Assembly: GCA_037447605.1 (NCBI GenBank) | Contig: CM074821.1 | Span: 682,001-746,000, forward strand | From: Zygnema circumcarinatum SAG 698-1b | Lineage: Eukaryota; Plantae; Zygnematophyceae | Direction of reading: 5' to 3' | Length of the DNA stretch: 64,000 nucleotides | Part shown: positions 49,502 through 64,000 of the stretch, piece after piece | Layout of the letters: each line of letters starts with the position of its first letter | Position numbering within the stretch: the first letter of the stretch is position 1 | The notes under the pieces: model-generated | Told to the model about the DNA's origin: nothing | Database searches by the model: none | Seen by the model: the letters and a program-made list of their open reading frames with translations, nothing else | Translations under genes and position numbers: made by a program

Positions 49502-51746
49502 CACATCTGCATGAGGAGGCGAGAGAGGGGAGCGGGAGAGAGGGAACGAGGAGGGAGAGAGAGGGAGAGAGAGAAAGAGAGAGGGGGAGAGAAGGAGCGA
49601 GAGGTAGAGGAGACCAAGGAGGTGTTTCCGTTGGCTATGGCGGAGGCCGGCCTTGGCTGCAGGAGGGGCGCAAGGCAGCCATGGCCATGGCGGGAGGGAG
49701 CTGCTCAAGAAGTTGCAGAGCCATTGTACGGTCCGTACTGTAACTCTTCTCGCTAGGTAACAGGGACGTGCCGTACAAGAATCCCGTACGATGGGATGCC
49801 ATGTCAGCCTGTTCGTACAGAACCGCTATAGGTTGAACACATAAGAAATTAAAGATTTTGGCCTCTCAAAGAAAAAAAACTTTCGAAATCGTAGTTCAAA
49901 TAAAAAGATTTTGCTTTTTGTTTCTTTTTTCTTTTTGTGAAACGAGTCCGTGTTCAATGCGAATCAAATGCGAATCCAGTTGATCCAGTGGATCCAATAG
50001 AATCCAGTTAGACATTGAACAATTAACTGCCAGTTGCGTTCAATTTCACTTTACTCTGCATCCACGGATCAACACAGATTTTGGCAAATCGCAAAGCGTT
50101 GACCCACTTCTGGTTTCCTTTGCCGTACGGTGATGGAATCCATTTGCACCGTACGGTAATCGTTGATCTGGCGAAAAAAGTCGTACGGCGAAAATTGGGC
50201 CGAAGTGAAGGAAATCCCTCAAACTGCCTTGAATATTGCGAAGCAAAATTAGGAATCCAGACGTGTAAGCGAAAACATTGAATTTTTGAGCTTCTGAACT
50301 TTCGTTTCTTTTCAAGTTCTCAAGTTCCAAAACATCCGATTTCGTCTTTTTCAATTAAACATTGAACAATTAGTAAAAAAAAAAATGTTCGATTTCTCAA
50401 CCTGATTGGTAGTAGGGTAGCAGTTGTAAAACGAAATGAAGCTAGGATAGAAATTTGTTTTTTTGTACGGTCAGTATGAAAAACAAATTTTCGGTTCGTA
50501 CAGGCTAAACTTCTACGTACGGTCCGTACACGTCTGAGTAGCCTTGTACTTTAGGGTTGCATCAGCCTGCACATTACAGGTGCACTTGTCCAGTGCTTTC
50601 TCTAAACTTCTGTCTTCTATATTTTGCATTCTGTATGCAAAATGTAAGATGTAAAATGCAGAGTGCATTCTGCACATTCTTCATTATTCATTCTGCATTT
50701 TACATTTTTAATTCACGATGAAAATGCAGAAAAAAATGCAAAATGAAAAATATACAGTGCAGAATGCAATTCTTTACACTTGGCATTTGCATTCTGCATG
50801 CAAAGTGCCAAACGCCAAATGCAGAGGGCGTTCGATACCCTCCGCATCACACATTCTGTATTTGAATGTTCCATTTGCAATCAAACTGCAGTGCGGGATG
50901 CAGGTCGAGAAACCCTAAAACGAGCGAGAGCGGCAGCGATGGCGGTGCAGCCGCGCGAGCCCAAATTTTGATGCTGGTTCGCGCCGCCACCGCGCCAACG
51001 CCGCTTTTGAGCTTCTGCGCCTCCGATTCTGGGAGGCAGCGCTGACGGAGAACTCGTCATCAATACGGCTATTTTCAAGTGTAATTAGACGGAAACCGGG
51101 AGGAGAACGCTGGTGCAGCTTGGCATTAGAGGGTTGGGAATTAGGGTAACTTAGCTTTATATTTCTCTATGATAGTAAGCTGCTGTACTGAGGAGAGAGG
51201 CGCTTCCAGCAGCGAGGATACCACCCTGCAATGCTGCCAAAAATTTGTATTTCAGTTTTGCAGTCTTGATTCTACCGTTATTTTTCAGAATTTGCTGTGC
51301 GAAGTGACAGTGCTGCAACTGTAGGAAAACGCTTAAGGGGGATTAGCCAAATTTGGTGAAGGAGCCGACAATGAAATGTGAGGACGCCTTGGATGGTCCC
51401 ATGTGCTCTTGCCACTTCTTTGATAATGGCATAATTGCCATCATAATAATATCATCATCATAATGTCAAGGAACATCTAATACCCTCTCACATTTCAAAC
51501 TTTGAATGATAAATACTGTCACGAGCAATGATCAGGAAGTGAGCAATGAAGCGTGTACAATGTCACGAACAACCATATGAACATTTCCAATCATGAGAAA
51601 GTACAGGAGGGGAGAACGCTTCTTAGCCAAATAACCACTTTTTTATTTTAGATGGCCCAAATCTGAAACTGCGTTCAGTGGGCTCTTCGTCTCGCCAAAT
51701 TTCCGTGGATTTTTCGGGGGTTTTTTTTTTTTTTTTTTTTTTGCAG

Positions 51747-55109
<3,363 letters not shown>

Positions 55110-55673
55110 CTTCGCTTTAAGGGGCTCAGAAAAGTGCTGTGTAGGGGATAGGCCTTTGCGGGTTTTCCTTCAACTCGCCGCCCTTCGCTTACAGAGACAT
55201 TGAAGCGTGGTCGGAGTGAACCCCATTGATTGTCTCTCTCAGGTCCAGGAGGAAACAACATTACATTGATTTCTCCATATGTTTTTCTTGGAAAGGAAGA
55301 GAGGAAAATGGCATTGAAAACCATTCTTGGAAAGCAGTAGTCAATCTCTAGAAGTGGAGTCCGTGCAGGCATGAAAGCATAGGCAAGCATGTCGCCCACA
55401 TTCTTGCGCACAACCAATGCTAGAGAATAGACATTGTCCTTGTTGAAGTGTGGACCTTCATGTTTGGTTCTTGCACACAAATTCATGCTTTAAAGTCTGA
55501 GTGACCTGGAACTGGAACTGGAACTGTCATGCGTGATAATTTTTTTTCTTACGAATTTTGAACAAAATATGCACCTTCTATGCAATAATAAGCCGACCGT
55601 ACGACGCCTCCCACTCCCTCTCTCTCCGCCTCTCCCTCTCGCCCTCTCCCTCTCGCGCTGCAAGCTGCCCTCC

Positions 55674-58600
55674 ATGCTGAAAAGCTCTGTTTGCTTCCCA
55701 GCGGTCCCTCCCTCCGTTCCTCCTCGCGCACCTCCCTTCCACCGCACTTCTCTTCCTCGCATGCCCTCCCGCCTTGCTGTCTCCGTCACCCGGAGAAAAT
55801 GTCGAAATTTCTCAACTCGATCTCTTTATGACGAAGTACCTCGTGTGGAATCATCTGCAAATTTAGACTTGAAACCTGTTTTTGATCGTTCAAATGGGTT
55901 AATTACAACAGTGGAAGTTTCCACAAGTGATAAGGGACCTTGGAGTCTCCTGCCTGGAGGAAAGGTGTGTGCAGAATAAGAGGGAAAGAGAGAGGGAGAG
56001 AGAGAGAGGAAGAGAGAGAGAGAGAGAGAAAGCGAGAGAGAGGAAGAGAGCGAGAGAGGTTTAGGCTCCATTTCGATTCAAGACCTTCTGGATGACCAAC
56101 GCGCATAATTTGGAGAATTGGGTTTTTTCATGCATACTGGTTTTGGTCGTATTTTAAATTAGATTCAGTTGTTCTTAAAATTAGCGTGTTTTCAAATTGT
56201 CTATAAGCAGTTATCGCAAGAAATTCGTTCCAAATTTCGTTGAGTATCCAACAAGACCGTCCTGTTTGAAGCTTACACCTTATATACACATTTTTCTGTC
56301 ACCTTGAAATCTTCCAAACTTCTCCTACTCTCCCCCATTCGTCCTATCTTTGTGTAGGTTGCCGCTGCTTCACTTATGAAAGATGGTCTTTTGAATGCCA
56401 CCGTTCATCCCGATCTTCCCGATGTCACGTCTTTAAAGGACTATTTCCTCCAACCGATCTTAAAGCATAGATTTCGGGAGAAGCGGGATGATTCCGTAAC
56501 TGGTAATGGAAATTTGGAGAACAACAGGGATCGTTCATCTGCAGAGAATGCAGTTGGGTTCAGAGGATGGCAAGTTCGAACAGTGGCGGCGCAAACTCGT
56601 TCTCTGCCAGTTATCTGCAACAAGATGGTAGAACGGGCTCGTGACATAGAAAGCACGGGCCATGGAGGCTCTCTTCTCCTGGTTTCGGGAGGTAAGATTT
56701 TGCTTTAGTTGTCACAGCTTGAAAATGCGTTTTTTGTATCCAAGTTTCACCTGAAGAACTGCTTTTTGTTGTTTTTGGGATTTTGAAGTCCTATGTCCGT
56801 TAGGGTTTTCTCTTACCTCTTTTAGGGTTGGGGTTGCAGGGCATCCCCTGCGCCAGTTGCCTCTTATTCGGAGCCTTCTGCCGGCCAATTCAGAACTGCT
56901 TCTCAGAGAGGCACACAAGATGAGGAAGGAGGGGAAACTTCCTAGTGGTGAGGAGATTTGTCTTCTCACCTCCTTTCTCTTTTTCTTTCCCTTGTGTTCC
57001 TTCTTCCTCTTTTTCGTTTGTCTGCATCTCTCTGCTTTCCAGGTTTCTCCCTCTATCCATTCCTCTGGAAGTTCTGCCAATCCTGAACTTTCTGCTTTTC
57101 AGACTTTTAAATCGAACTTTCATCGTTCTCTCTTCCTTCAACTCTTTTCTCCTCCCTCTTACTGTTTACGCTTTATTACGCTTCAGAAAGAAATATACAT
57201 TTAGTGTTCAGCAGACAGGGTACCTTTTAGTTCATTCAGAATTCCGCATGCTTGAAGGGGTGCAGCTGTGGGCTGTTGAGAATCCGTTGGTGGACTCCGT
57301 GGACCGTCTACAAAGAAAGGTGCAATTTCAGTTTCCAACTTACTGTTCTCACTCTTTACTAGGCCCTATCTGCACATTCTTTAAGGACAGCATATTGTCA
57401 ATAGTATGCTGAACTTTTTTACCCTATACTGTACTCCTGCTAAAGCAATGTTTGGAATTTCTGGTTGCATTTTTTGCAGGTAGAGGCAGGGGCAGAGGCC
57501 ATAATCACGCAGCCCCCTCTCCTTGAAGATCGATTCTTCGCTTGGTGGGAGGCAGCATTGAAGCGAGGGTGAGCCAAAGCATGAGTTGTAAACAGACCTT
57601 TGGTATAATAACTAAGGATTGTTTTTAGTTTCAGAACCTCACTTTGATTGTACCCTCAACAACATTTCATATGAATAAACCAATAGTCTTCGTGAAACTG
57701 AGAGGGGTGCAGGTTGCCCGGAGCCGTTCCAATCATTGTGGGCCTACCCATCATTTCTTCTGCAAATAATTTTGCTTTCTGGCTTCGTCTCACCAATGTG
57801 ACTGGTAAGAGCTTGCCTCCCTTCAGGGCCCAAGGTTCAAATCGAGAGTTCAGATTCCACTTGGGTTGTTCAACGGTTGATTCAGTTCAGCCTCTAGGTC
57901 AACCCCTTATTTTCAACTGTAAGTTTGTTTGTGCAGGTTGTTAAACTCCGTCTATTGAATGTTTTACAATTGTGGGCTTCTTGATTAGCTCCCCTATTAG
58001 CTGATGCAGAGCTTCCCTTGTTGTTGCAGGCGCGGCAGCAGATGCAGCCCTTGAGAAGTACAAGAAGGCGGAAGCCATGGCTGCCTCTGACAAGCTCTCG
58101 CAGGGGGAGTTTAGAAGGGAGCAGACGCAAGCCATGGCCTCCTTTGCATGCCGGTTGTCAGGTCAGTCAGTTCCGTGCTCTCAAACGCTCGTTGAACAGC
58201 CCCTCAACTGAGCCCCCTCCCTTGTTCACAAATCTCCAATGCACTGCCACTCCTCTGCCAGTTCTCTGCCAGTTTCTCTGCCAGTTCTCTGCCAGTTTCT
58301 CTGCCAGTTCTCTGCCAGTTCTCTGCCAGTTCTCTGCCAGTTCTCTGCCAGTTCTCTGCCAGTTCTCTGCCAGTTTCTCTGCCAGTTCTCTGCCAGTTCT
58401 CTGCCAGTTCTCTGCCAGTTTCTCTGCCAGTTTCTCTGCCAGTTCTCTGCCAGTGCCAGTTCTCTGCCAGTTCTCTGCCAGTTCTCTGCCAGTTCTCTGC
58501 CAGTTTCTCTGCCAGTTCTCTGCCAGTTCTCTGCCAGTTCTCTGCCAGTTCTCTGCCAGTTTCTCTGCCAGTTTCTCTGCCAGTTCTCTGCCAGTTCTCT

Positions 58601-59031
58601 GCCAGTTCTCTGCCAGTTCTCTGCCAGTTCTCTGCCAGTTCTCTGCCAGTTCTCTGCCAGTTCTCTGCCAGTTCTCTGCCAGTTTCTCTGCCAGTTCTCT
58701 GCCAGTTTCTCTGCCAGTTCTCTGCCAGTTCTCTGCCAGTTCTCTGCCAGTTTCTCTGCCAGTTTCTCTGCCAGTTTCTCTGCCAGTTTCTCTGCCAGTT
58801 TCTCTGCCAGTTCTCTGCCAGTTCTCTGCCAGTTCTCTGCCAGTTCTCTGTCAGTTCTCTGCCAGTTCTGTTAGAGCGTCCTCCCTCTGCTCTTTTGACT
58901 GAGCCCTGTAGTGAAGTGCAGGCGTTGCAGGGGTCCACCTCATGCCGGTCACTGCCAGGGGGTGGAGGGACCTGCCCTCCGTCCTGCGCCGCGTGAAGGG
59001 GAGGGGGGAGGAGGGGCTCGAGGGGCGCTGA
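55674..59031 (+). CDS. Divergent MetF/MTHFR-like FAD-linked oxidoreductase with a predicted plastid transit peptide
   Basis: Ser/Pro/Arg-rich N-terminus; LLLVSG|GHP; LWAVENP; RK|VEAGAEAIITQPP; VPIIVGLP; GVHLMPV. These follow the order of MetF barrel motifs (KVDAGADFxITQ, VPIxxG, GxH). Seven exons with consistent phases. Confidence 0.7.
58251..58866 (+). repeat. Tandem array of roughly 50-55 TTCTCTGCCAG / TTTCTCTGCCAG units in the last intron of the MetF-like gene
   Basis: Directly visible mixed 11- and 12-mers. Confidence 0.95.
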
Positions 59032-59979
59032 CAGCAGGCAGACCTTCACTTACTTATAATATGGGGCTCATATTTTTCACATCTGCGGAGACATTGTGGA
59101 GATGATGATGATGATGATGGTGGTGGGTCATGCTTTTGATAATTGGGTTTTTTTTTTTTTTTCATTTTTTTTTTCAGTTTCGGTTGTCAACTGAAACTGA
59201 GTTCGCAAATTGAACGACTCTTGTGCAAGGAATTAACCTCAAATGCCCCATAAACCCTAAAGCCCTCAAAACCCTGAAAACGAAGGGGTTGTGAAAGAAT
59301 GCGCCACATGTCCGTTGAGATCAACAGTTGACTCAGCAAATGCAAACATACATTCGTGCTTGTCCGTCAAGCGCGAGTCCACATGTCTCTTGTCCGCATT
59401 TTGCGCTGGATCCACTCCATCCAACGGTCGTTTCCGTACAGAACCCGTCTCAAATCGCGTGAGGCTAACTCCAGGTGAACCCGTACGGCTTGTTCAACCG
59501 TACGATTTGCCGTACATATTCGTACGTTTTTTTGTAGATTTCGTACGAGGTCGTACGGACCATTCAAAATTCAAACTCGTCCTTGTCTTCCTGCCTCTCC
59601 CCGCCCCCCTCTCTCTCTCTCTCTCTCTCTCTCGCTGCTGCTGTTGCCCCACTATCCTCCGTCAAGCCTGCAAGAATAAGTTATAATTTCGTTTTAAATA
59701 TTTAATATTTTAATACCTCCCTTAATTCCTTAAAGAAGCGTTCAGGCCCGTATTAAAGGTCAACTCCTCTGCATGTGAGTTAGTTGCACGTACTCAGTAT
59801 CTTAGGCTTGAGCTCTGAAACGGAAGTCTGCTCTATGCAGATTCGAATTGTATTTTTTCGCGATATCTATTCAAAGTGCCCGAAAACTGTCAGATTCAAA
59901 ATACCAAGTGACAGCTTGCCCTAATAAGCTCGCAGATTGATTAGCGGCTGGTGATAGCAGTATCCGGAAAGTTGAAGGG

Positions 59980-62900
59980 ATGCGTGGAGAGGTAGAGGAG
60001 GGGGAGAGCGACGGGAGAGAGAAGAAGTATGCGCATCTCCTGCAGCCGATAAGGAACCTTGCAGAAAATTGGAATGTGGATATCGCGCACGAGCTGGAGG
60101 AGTATCTAGCGGAGTTAGAGACCGTCAGAATAACTGTGGAGGGAGGGGCTGTGCTCAACTTTGCAGAAGGTAAGGACGTCGCTCTTCTTGCTTAGAGTTA
60201 AACATTAAAGGTTAAAGTTAATGTAAGCGATAGGGCTATGGTTAGGGTTAGGGTTAGGGTTAAGGTTAGGGTTGGGTCAGGTTGGGTTAGGGTTAAGGTT
60301 AGGGTTAGGGTTAGGGTTAGGCCTAGCAAGCTGGCCAGGATGAAGGAGGGTGAGGAAGAGAGGGGAGGAGTGGGCGACAGTTAACGGGAGATCTGATAGG
60401 ATGGGCGAGAGGGCCAGTGGAAATGACGAGGGAGGGAGCTAATAGGGAGAGGGGAAAATGGGGGGAAGAGGGCGAAAAGGGGGAAAAGAGGGATGATGGG
60501 AAAAAGTGAACATGGTGTAATGGGAGTGTGAGAAAGGGAACAAGACGAAATGAGGAAATTGGGAGGGACAAGTAAAGAAGGGTAGGAATGAAGAGAGAAT
60601 GAGAAACTATGAAGGGAACGTGGAGAGAAGGGGAACAGGGAATGGAAGAATAGAGGAGAAAGAATGGAGGAAGTGAATATTGAGGGGAGGAGGAACTGGG
60701 GAAGGAAGGGGAATCGGAGAGAACAAATGATGGGGGGAGGAGGGAAATGGGCAGAGCGGGAATGAATGATGCCAGTAAAATTGGGTTAATGGGTCAGAGA
60801 AATAACTTTTCAAATGGATGCTCTTGAAGTGCACATTTGTCATTGCAGGTGACGTACTGGTGCGCTCAATATTGACAACTGGCCTTGCAGACATTCTTCG
60901 CATAAAATCCTATATTTTGAGCTGCTGAATATTAGCGGTGCTATTAACATTGAACTGTTGAATTATACAAAGTCGAATGTTGTCAGGAGCAAGCTTCAAG
61001 GACATTAATACATCGCACGCATTGTCTGAACCCACAGCTGCGCTTCTAATTCAAGGATCAGCATGCATATACGGCAAAAAAGTGGAATATTTATATTCAC
61101 TTGTTTTGCAGACCCTCGGATCTATTTCACAAGAAAGGTGCTCAATTTCACCCTTGAAGATCAAACTGCAATGCTGTCATGTGTTTTAGGTCAAATTGCC
61201 GAGTCCTAAAGAAACATACGAGTAGCACCATCTCTAACTATTACCCTTAAAAGTGAAAGCTGCCAATCCATTCAACTTAATGCTAATTTTTAGTCTCGAC
61301 AAAAGCACACTTAGCATCTTGTTTTGCAATTCATGTGCACAGAAAGGAGCAGCCGCAGTCGACAGCAGAAAAAGAGGTCCCATCTGAAGGGCATGAAGCT
61401 GAGGAGGAAGATGAGGTGGACCAATTTCTAAACCTTGATGATGTTTCAGGTAGTGAAACAAAAAGCCCACTCTGAACATACATTGCGGAAATCAAACTAT
61501 ACAAATAGACATGTCTGTGAATGAAAGCTTTCTGCAAGCTCCAAAAGCGTTGGCATTCAGCGACTTTTTAAGCCAGAAAAATGTAGTGGAAATTCGCATG
61601 CTGCATCAAACAATGTATTGATGGATTAAGTGTGGTTTACAGAATGTTCTGATATCGATCTTGACGAAACCGACGGAGATGCTCCCTCAAAGGGTCCTGA
61701 AAGGAGTAAAAAGACTCCTTCAATTCTCCTCACAGTGGAAGAAAACATTCAAGGACTGAGGTGTCCACCGGGTATCGATCCCGAACTCGCCTCCTACAAG
61801 GTCCGAAACTATTCAAAAAACCCTAAAATCTCCATTCATTCGCTAAGATCACGATGTAAGAAAAAAGCTACTCTTTTGCATAGATTCGTGAAACGATGGT
61901 TTTGTGTACAGCCTTCTTTTCACTACTCTCCGGTCAACGCTGAAGAGATGAGCTTGAATTAGGGTTAGGGTTCATACTCGTATCAGTGGTGGTGGTGGTG
62001 GTACATTGCTTGACAAAAAATGCAGTGGTTATGAAATTTCAAAACTCAATTTTGCAGATTTTCAGCTGCACAATGCACTGCTCCGGAGCCCTTCTTTTGG
62101 AAGCGGGAGATGGCGATTTTTTGGATGAATTTCTTCAACCAATTGACCAAACAGATGAACCCAACATGAGAAATACATCCTTTGGATCACCTTCTCCGGA
62201 TTTTGGAAATTTGGAGCCTAGAGATGTTCCGGCACGAACTCCGGGAACTTTCAGAGGAATGCAATCGGTGGAAAAACGGAGGCAATCTGTACATAACGGA
62301 ACAGGAACGGAATTTGAGCATGTAGCGAATGCAGAGAATCTCTTTGAGAAGTTTGACGAGTTTGGAGGAAACGAAGACAGTCAAATGAATGAAGCTGCGG
62401 AGGAGGAGGAGGAGGTTGGAGTGGGAGCGACTGCGGGAGTGGGAGAGGGAGAAGGAAGGGAGGCAGAGGGAGAGGGAGAGGGTGGGAGGGCTGAAGCTGA
62501 GAAGCATGGTCCAGCCGGCAGACCGAGAAGGGAGAAAGCCAAAGAGAAAAATGGAAAATATGATCCGTACGCACCTTTAGACCCTCATGATGGAGGCAAC
62601 ATTCCCCTCCGACCGTTTAAAAAAGGTAGGGTAAAAAAAAAAAAAAACCCCAGAAAAAAAAATGAACTCCCGTGTCAGACTAAAAAGCATATGCAAGTAA
62701 TCAGTGAAAGCAGAACAAGCAGTATACAACCTTAAATACCTTATAACCCGTTTCGATTGCGGATTTCTCCGTTCATTTTGTGTTTCTTGTTTTTTAAGTG
62801 AAAAGCTTCTTCCCTTGATGACGTGTGCAGGACGTCATCGACGGCGGGTGACGTCAGCATCATCACGGCAGGATGGGGAGTTCCCTCTTGCATCTTTGAC

Positions 62901-63814
62901 CGGAGTTTCAAATCCGGAATTTGGGGCCGGTTGGGAGGCAGAGAAGGCGAGGGCTTATAGGAGAAGCATGGAGGGAGAGGAGAGGCTTCGTTCTGGGGGG
63001 CAGGTAAGAATTAGGGTTTAGAGTCTCAAACCTACAAGATTGAAGAAAGGAACCCAAAAAAGGAAGGTAAAGGAAAATGGTCATAAGCAGGCTAAAAGTT
63101 AGCCCAGAGCTTCACTTAACTAAAAAATCATTCATGGCGGGAAAAGCTTGAATTTTTTCGGTAAAAGCCTGAAAAAGGTCAAGTTTTTCTAGGAGCCCAA
63201 ATTAGCTTGAAAAAAACCCAAAAATTGTCAAAAGGAGGCCCTCAAAAACTTCGAAGGTTGGGAGCCAATCTCTCGAACTCTCATGGGTTTCTATTTGCAA
63301 CAAGAAAAGGAGTTTTCAGTTTCGGTTTCAGTCACTTGGGACTCTCCCCCTCTCTCCCCTTTTTTTTTTTTTTTTTTTTTTTTGCAGACTCAAAGTGCGT
63401 TCGAGGCGGAAGCTTCTCATTGTGAGGTTCCTGAAGCGGAAGAAGGCGGAACTTGGAATGAATACGGGGCAAACGATTTGGATGGCGATGTTGCCGACTT
63501 AGATACTCATTCTGATATGCCCCAGGTAGGGTTCACATTACCTTTTTCTACTCTTTCTTTTCTATTCCTATTGTTAAGGTTTTGCTTTCTTTGTTCGTTA
63601 GCTTGATGGAGAAGGTAAACCTTTTCTTGTCTCTCTCATATCTCTCTTCTCATTTGCTTTCAATTTGTTTCTTTTTTTTGTTTCTTCGCCCCAGGTTGGA
63701 GCCCATGATTGTGATAACTTATTTTCGAATGCGGATTTTCCCAATGTTTCCGCAAGGGAAGCATCGGCCACACCGGCAGAGTCGGCATATGGTGATCTAT
63801 GTCGAGCCCATATT
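59980..63814 (+). CDS. CAPH2: Condensin-2 complex subunit H2 (CAP-H2); continues beyond the window
   Basis: [32 protein letters not shown]|[47 protein letters not shown]. Confidence 0.92.
60241..60321 (+). repeat. (TTAGGG)n interstitial telomeric tract, about 13 units, in CAP-H2 intron 1
   Basis: Directly visible, mostly perfect hexamers. Confidence 0.9.
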
Positions 63815-64000
63815 GTGAGCATCTGCTGCTAACTAACTTTCAGCTTGAGTTTGAGGAGAATTGATATACTTCATTATCCATTTTGAGTGCAGCATCAGTT
63901 AGGAAGTGTCCTCTGAACGATATCTTTTATGTGATTGGAGTGTTCCCTGGAGGAAGATTACGACAATCAAATGAACTTGAATGGTTAAAAATAGGCGGCA

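Noticed and set aside
58251-58866. Regular repeat arrays as possible CRISPR
   Set aside because: Eukaryotic context and no unique spacers; these are plain tandem repeats.

Overview
Eukaryotic nuclear DNA, intron-rich and microsatellite-rich, with several 10-N gaps and one 100-N gap. Gene content points to a streptophyte, most likely a streptophyte green alga; this is inference from gene families only. Twelve host genes were rebuilt by hand from splice sites and reading-frame phase: a subfamily-VIII-like bHLH, an RLCK-IX-type cytoplasmic kinase, plastid ribosomal protein L13, two head-to-head secreted alpha-carbonic anhydrases, a thioredoxin-SHP-UBX fusion gene, a large Gly-rich membrane protein (At5g11700 family), a BODYGUARD-like alpha/beta-hydrolase, TRIPP, TRM8, a plastid-targeted divergent MetF/MTHFR-like protein and CAP-H2 (runs off the right edge). 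A 3.9-kb TIR-bounded PIF/Harbinger unit holds copia and gypsy fragments, but gaps separate all its parts. The most interesting observations are: (1) a WCGPC thioredoxin fused to a p47-type SHP+UBX CDC48/p97-binding module; (2) the divergent alpha-CA pair, one with His and one with Lys at the proton-shuttle position, sharing a G-box/GTAC-dense promoter; (3) a candidate -1 frameshift cassette plus an unexplained ~190-aa insert in the gypsy pol; (4) the degenerate plastid MetF-like gene, whose last intron carries about 50 splice-acceptor-like repeats. Family assignments come from recalled motifs; no database search was run.
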